A stretch of 64,000 nucleotides of DNA from contig OZ024753.1 of assembly GCA_964016885.1 (NCBI GenBank), positions 23,808,001 to 23,872,000 on the forward strand, given 5' to 3'. The DNA comes from Eledone cirrhosa (Eukaryota). Within the stretch, counting starts at the first letter, position 1; each line of letters starts with the position of its first letter. Positions 58,666 to 64,000 of this stretch are shown in pieces. The notes below the pieces were generated by a model, which was not told the origin of the DNA, did not search any database, and was given only the letters and a program-made list of their open reading frames with translations. A program made the position numbers and the translations under genes.

Positions 58666-59100
58666 CGATCGACTTTTTAGTCAAATCGGACCGAGGGAAC
58701 AATGTTTCCGTTGGTCTTTCCAATTGCTAATACTATCTATCGGTCGCAACTCCAGGTAGAAGGAGCAACGTGAAATAAAGTGTCTTGCTCAAGGACATAA
58801 CGCATCGCCTGGTCCAGGAATCGAACTCACAAACTTACGATTGCGAATCCAATTTCCTAACCACTCACCCACAAGCCTTCATAAAGTGAAGGCGTGTGGC
58901 TGAGTGGTTAGAGAATTGGATTCACAATCTTGAGGTTGTGAGTTCGATTCCAGGACCGGGCGATGCGTTATGTCCTTGAGCAAGACACTTTATTTCACGT
59001 TGCTCCTTCTACCTGGAGTTGCGACCGATAGATAGTACTAGCAACTGGAAAGACCAACGGAAACATTGTTTCCTCGGTCCGATTTGACGAAAGTCGATCG
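58666..59100. mobile_element. Head-to-head inverted pair of tRNA-derived SINEs (58666-58881 minus, 58888-59100 plus)
   Basis: A box TGGCTGAGTGG, B box GAGTTCGATTCC, conserved core TGTCCTTGAGCAAGACACTT. Arms are diverged reverse complements. Confidence 0.85.
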
Positions 59101-59102
59101 AA

Positions 59103-59141
<39 letters not shown>

Positions 59142-59367
59142 TATATATGTATATATATATGTGTATATATATATATAAATATATATATGTATATATATAT
59201 GTATATATATATATATATATATATAAATATATATATGTATATATATGTGTATATATATATATAAATATATATATGTATATATATATGTGTATATATATAT
59301 ATATATAAATATATATATGTATATATATATATGTGTGTATATATATATATATATAAATATATATATT

Positions 59368-59434
<67 letters not shown>

Positions 59435-59453
59435 ATATATATATGTGTGTATA

Positions 59454-59822
59454 TAAAATAAAGTTAAATAAAAGTCAAATGATTAAAATTTAGCTTCGTT
59501 TATTACTGCTATATATATTTCAGAGACAGCCATCTTTGGCTGTGACCTCTTCAGGCAGTTTGAATTAGTATGGTATAGACAAGTCAACATATGTACTTGT
59601 CTATACCATACTAATTCAAACTGCCTGAAAAGGTCACAGCCAAAGATGGCTGTCACTGAAATATATATAGCAGTAATAAACGAAGCTAAATTTTAATCAT
59701 TTGACTTTTATTTAACTTTATTTTACACTACTCCGGAGTAACCAAACCAACCTGCGCACTACGTCGAGTGCTCCAGCCTGCATACTGAGGTGTTGGTATA
59801 CAACCAACATAAACTCAAAATC
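59454..59822 (+). mobile_element. pLTR foldback (arms 59454-59584 and 59595-59725) plus extension; HHRs at 59505-59559 (-, intact core) and 59620-59674 (+, core CTGAAAA)
   Basis: ACTGC-CTGAAGA-GGTCACAGCCA(AAGA)TGGCTGTCTCT-GAAA-TATATA-TA-GCAGT. Confidence 0.82.
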
Positions 59823-59910
59823 TATGTGTGTATATATATATATATATAAATATATATGTATATATACATGTGTATATATATATATATATAAATATATATG
59901 TATATATATA

Positions 59911-59942
<32 letters not shown>

Positions 59943-60005
59943 AATATATATGTGTGTATATATATATGTATGTATATATATTAATATGTATGTATATATA
60001 TTAAT

Positions 60006-60614
60006 GTCAGGTCACCAGTTGGTGCTACTGGTAACATGTATTCCAGTACAACCTGTCCCATGGTCGGGTCGTTGGCGACTAAACTGGCAACCCCACCAAG
60101 GTTTCTTGGTGAGGAGGGTGACTTTGGACATCCTGCAGGACTAAAAACAAAACCTGTCAAAAGGCAAAGGAGCTCTTAAGAGTCAATGGCCATCCAAAAT
60201 CACCGGGAGAGATGACCCCTTAGCCTTTGTCAAGGCAGAATTCTAGGAGAAGGAAAACTCTGATATAACACCTGCAACCCTGATGGTATCCAATGATGTT
60301 GACTTGTTCTTCTTTTTGGTAAATATCATCTTGGTTAAGAGAGTGGGACTGGCTTTGTGCAGTGCCTTTGCTCACTATAAAAGCTTCACGGCACAGGCAT
60401 TGCTTTATATCTGGAGATCTCTCTGCATTTGTCGTCACATGGTACCATGGGCCCAGCACTATGTGTCAATAATTGTCACAAGTGTAGTGTTTGTACCAGA
60501 GCTTTCAAGTCGCTGGCTGGACTAAAAAGTCACACTCGTTCAGCGCATCAGTAGGGGTTCTCCTACATGGATATAAAGTAGTGGCCGTACTCGAAAACGA
60601 GTTGGCAGCCACCA
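60006..60614 (+). mobile_element. RTE-derived element copy 5
   Basis: Alignment to copy 1. Confidence 0.8.
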
Positions 60615-60660
60615 TGTATATATATATATGTATATATATATAAATATATATATGTATATA

Positions 60661-60704
<44 letters not shown>

Positions 60705-61056
60705 TATATGTGTGTATATATATATGTGTATATATATATATATATAAATATATATGTATATATATACGTGTGTATATATATATATAAATATATATGTGTG
60801 TATATATATATGTATATATATATATATATGTATATATATATCTGGGATAGACACACGCGTATAACTTGCTGAGTAAGTTCTGTTTAAATTTCTATAGAAA
60901 TTCTTGTCTGTAAACTTTAATTTTTGTACCATTTTGTTAGAGGGACCGCCAGGTCAAACTTTGATCTGGTCAGTCTCTCAAAATATTTTACGCCTTTAGG
61001 CGAAATAGTTAAACAAAAAAAAGTTTTTTCTTGTTGAAAAGTTAACATTTTTTAAA

Positions 61057-62808
61057 ATGGCTGAATCTTCTTCACCAAAATTCGAAGGAGGAAAGGGGAA
61101 GATAAACTTACAGCTTCCCCCTGCCACAGTCACAGTAGCAGAGGTCAAAAAGAAAGGTCAGCCAGAGGAAGGATTTTCTACACCTGTTGACCGACAACTT
61201 GACGTTGCCATGGCAACAACCCAAAGAACCAGCGGCACCAGCTCCAGCAACAACAACACCAATGCGACTGACGAAAACAACACCAATAACAATAACAACA
61301 ACAACAAGACCAATAACTGTGATGACAACAACAATGATAACAACAACACCACCAACTACAACAGCAACACTAACAAAAAAAATTTCTCCTTCGCCGAGAC
61401 GGCAAGGAAAACCCTCGACTATCTACCAGTAGATATAACCAAAGCGAAGGAGCTACTGGCAGATGCCAAAAAATATATAGTGTACGGGGAAAATGGTTCA
61501 TTCACGATCCCCCCACCCCCGGAACTAAAAAGCCAGAGACTCCTAAACACTGTCATGTTTAGGACAATCTCGAATAAAAGCAAAAAACCAGCTCAACCAT
61601 CACAGAGTGAGATAGAGCTGGTTTTAAAAGACGTCATGAAGGACATCACCTTCATTCAGAAGGATAGACTCTACGGGAGTCTATCCATTCTCATGAAGGA
61701 CAGGGACACAGCAGTGAAACTGTCCATCAAACCAATCACATCCACCGCATACACCTTCTACCCTACGTACATGGGTAGAAGAACACAAAAAATAAAAATC
61801 CACACCATCCTGCCGATTATGGACATATGGTGGGTTTTGACAGGTTTCCTGGACCTGGATGATGACACGCTGGTGTCCATGGGAAAGGCATCGGGTGACG
61901 CGTTCAATGGAACGAGCCTCGAACTTGTAGTTCAAATGAGGCCCGAAAGGATCGCCCAGATCCCTGAACGCGTCATACTGGATGACCAAACTTTCATCAA
62001 CATTACCGTTGAGGGTAGGCGGCCCTCGTGTTACCTCTGCGGAACCAGAGGTCACCTGAGGGCTGTCTGTCCCCAACTTAATAAGAAAACCCCAATCCTG
62101 CCTACACCACCAACAACTGCACAACCAACACAATCACCACAACTACCACTACAAAAACAACCACCACAGCTCAAACCAAAACAAAACAATGTTCACCCCA
62201 TCCCCCCCACTCAAAAAACAAAAACAATTTCCAAAACACACGCACCACAAACACAACCCGAAAATATACCCCTCCCCTCCAACGCGGAAGATGACCCTAG
62301 TTCGTCGTCAGACGAGGAGGAGCACTTCCACACAATCAAAAGAAAAAAAAGAAAACACACCTCAGACACACAAATGAAAACAACCCCTCTCCAAAACATA
62401 ACACTGACACCAACACAAAAGAGCTCACAACAACAGCAAACAAAAAACACCACACAAAAACAAAAACATGCATACACATACATAAACACAAGAAACAAAA
62501 AACTGTTAAACATTGTGTACAACAACAATCTAATAAAAACACAAGGGCCTAACTTCACCCAGGCAGGGGATTTCCCCCACCTCAAAATGATTAAGGCCCC
62601 ACAGTACACCTATAAAACTTTAAAAGACAACTTTAAAGAGGACGTGGGTCCTCCCTGCGTCGGGCCCATTAACCGCGTCCTCCTAAAAAACTACCCCACC
62701 CCCTCCCCAAACACCCACACAACTCCAAACTCCCCAACCACACAACACACTGATGCCCCTACACTTCCACAAACCACCACCCCACCGAACAACCCATCCC
62801 CACCCTAA
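61057..62808 (+). CDS. LINE ORF1 nucleic-acid-binding protein (583 aa; polyN tract, CYLCGTRGHLRAVC zinc knuckle, P/Q/T-rich tail)
   Basis: Open frame with C-x2-C-x4-H-x4-C, upstream of ORF2. Confidence 0.82.
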   Translation: MAESSSPKFEGGKGKINLQLPPATVTVAEVKKKGQPEEGFSTPVDRQLDVAMATTQRTSGTSSSNNNTNATDENNTNNNNNNNKTNNCDDNNNDNNNTTNYNSNTNKKNFSFAETARKTLDYLPVDITKAKELLADAKKYIVYGENGSFTIPPPPELKSQRLLNTVMFRTISNKSKKPAQPSQSEIELVLKDVMKDITFIQKDRLYGSLSILMKDRDTAVKLSIKPITSTAYTFYPTYMGRRTQKIKIHTILPIMDIWWVLTGFLDLDDDTLVSMGKASGDAFNGTSLELVVQMRPERIAQIPERVILDDQTFINITVEGRRPSCYLCGTRGHLRAVCPQLNKKTPILPTPPTTAQPTQSPQLPLQKQPPQLKPKQNNVHPIPPTQKTKTISKTHAPQTQPENIPLPSNAEDDPSSSSDEEEHFHTIKRKKRKHTSDTQMKTTPLQNITLTPTQKSSQQQQTKNTTQKQKHAYTYINTRNKKLLNIVYNNNLIKTQGPNFTQAGDFPHLKMIKAPQYTYKTLKDNFKEDVGPPCVGPINRVLLKNYPTPSPNTHTTPNSPTTQHTDAPTLPQTTTPPNNPSPP

Positions 62809-62830
62809 TGGAAATTGTGCAGCCCGATAC

Positions 62831-64000
62831 ATGGCTATGCTAAGAGTAGGCTGTTTAAATGTGCGTGGGCTGGGCTCAACTTGGAAGCAAGCAATGCTTC
62901 TAAATGACCTCAGGTCACAACGTATAAATGTGATGGTTATTTGCGAGGCCCGGATCAGCAACGTGCGACAGCTGGCCCCCACCTTTGATGACTTTGAGAT
63001 GCACGCATCTCTCTGTCAGCCCGGAGGTGGGGGTGGGGTTGTCGTTCTGCTGCAAAAACATCTGGGTCTCGCAACACAGATGGTACATTTGGACCCGGAG
63101 GGTCGACTAGTCGTTCTGGACCATGGCCGGGGTAAAGGCGGAGCGTTTAGGTTGGTAGCCGCCTACGGCCCTTTCGGCTCAATGCGGCCGCACTTCTTCC
63201 ATCGTCTGGAGACTTTTCTAGGTACGTCCCGCCCCTTGCTATTAGTGGGGGACTGGAATGGTATCCTAGATGCACGCTGGGACTACGTAGGGGCCTGTCC
63301 CGATAGAGACGGGTGTAATAGCCTCAAAGGGTTAATCGGTCGATTTGACCTGGCCGATAGATATCGACTAGATTTTCCGACTGCGCCAACCTGGACTTAG
63401 GCAAATCGTATGCGGATCATCTAGGTCGTACCTAGATAGGTTCTTAGTTAGAATTAAGGATAAGGACTTTTTAAGTTGTCCAAAAATGCGCATGGTTGGC
63501 TATTCAGACCACAAATTAGTGACCTGCATGGTCAACCTTGACAGAACTCATAGACAGGGACCCGGTTAGTGGAAGCTCAACTTGTCCTTACCGGCAAGTA
63601 AGGCTTACAGGGACCGGATTAGCACGTTAGTTAAGGAGCGGTTGACGGGCGCCATCGTCAACAGCAGGTGGTGGGGATCTCTCAAAAGAGAAATTAGAGT
63701 AGTCTCTATAGTGTTTAGTAAGGAGTTAGCCTCAAATAGAAATAGGAAGGAAAGGGAGTTGGTAGATAGTGTAGAAGAGGCAATTAGAAGCGGCGACGTG
63801 GCCAGAGTGCTAGCGTCGAGAACGGCCCTGGGCCAGTTCTTCGACGCGAAACACAAAGGCTGCATCGTCCGAAGCAAAATACGTGCTCTGGGAAACGAGG
63901 GGACCAAAGCTGTTAGCTGGGCCCGCGTGACAGAAGCCAAAAGAGGGAGCAGATCCACTATCCGGTCTTTGCGAGACCAGGATGGACGGGTGATCCTTGA
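62831..64000 (+). pseudogene. LINE ORF2 N-terminal AP endonuclease, disrupted by stops and frameshifts
   Basis: MAMLRVGCLNVRGLG..CEAR..GGVVVL..GRLVVLD..AYGP..GDWN..PTWT*; YLDRFLV and SDHK follow in a shifted frame. Confidence 0.82.

Larger units (their letters stand above)
60841..64000 (+). mobile_element. L1/Tx1-clade LINE, 5' portion (continues beyond the window)
   Basis: Gag-like ORF1 with a CCHC knuckle, followed closely by an APE-type ORF2 (CLNVRGL, VGDWNGIL, SDHK, G.WKLN). Confidence 0.85.

Noticed and set aside
58888-58970. tRNA gene
   Set aside because: A and B boxes are present but run into a SINE core with no convincing cloverleaf. The same applies to 17850-17935.

Overview
This is eukaryotic, repeat-saturated DNA with no recognisable host gene. 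The SINE families and extreme (TA)n content suggest an octopod cephalopod, which is inference. A (TA)n/(TATATG)n scaffold carries many retroelement insertions. (1) Penelope-like elements (PLEs) of at least three types: five Naiad-like copies (one near full length, 2076-4307), two copies of a Nematis/Neptune-like element and two Neptune-type GIY-YIG remnants. (2) More than a dozen families of pseudo-LTRs, foldbacks and tandem non-coding units carrying type I hammerhead ribozyme (HHR) motifs read by eye. (3) A near full-length CR1-clade LINE, the 5' part of an L1/Tx1-clade LINE and an RTE 3' remnant. (4) Five copies of a ~610-bp non-autonomous RTE-derived element, plus tRNA-derived SINEs. The most notable observations are tandem HHR units resembling circRNA-producing retrozymes, hammerheads with recurrent non-canonical cores (U3-A8, C4), a cryptic higher-order repeat inside the apparent microsatellite, an HDV-like pseudoknot topology at the 5' end of the RTE-derived element, and a head-to-head SINE palindrome. 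All RNA folds are manual and untested, and boundaries are approximate.
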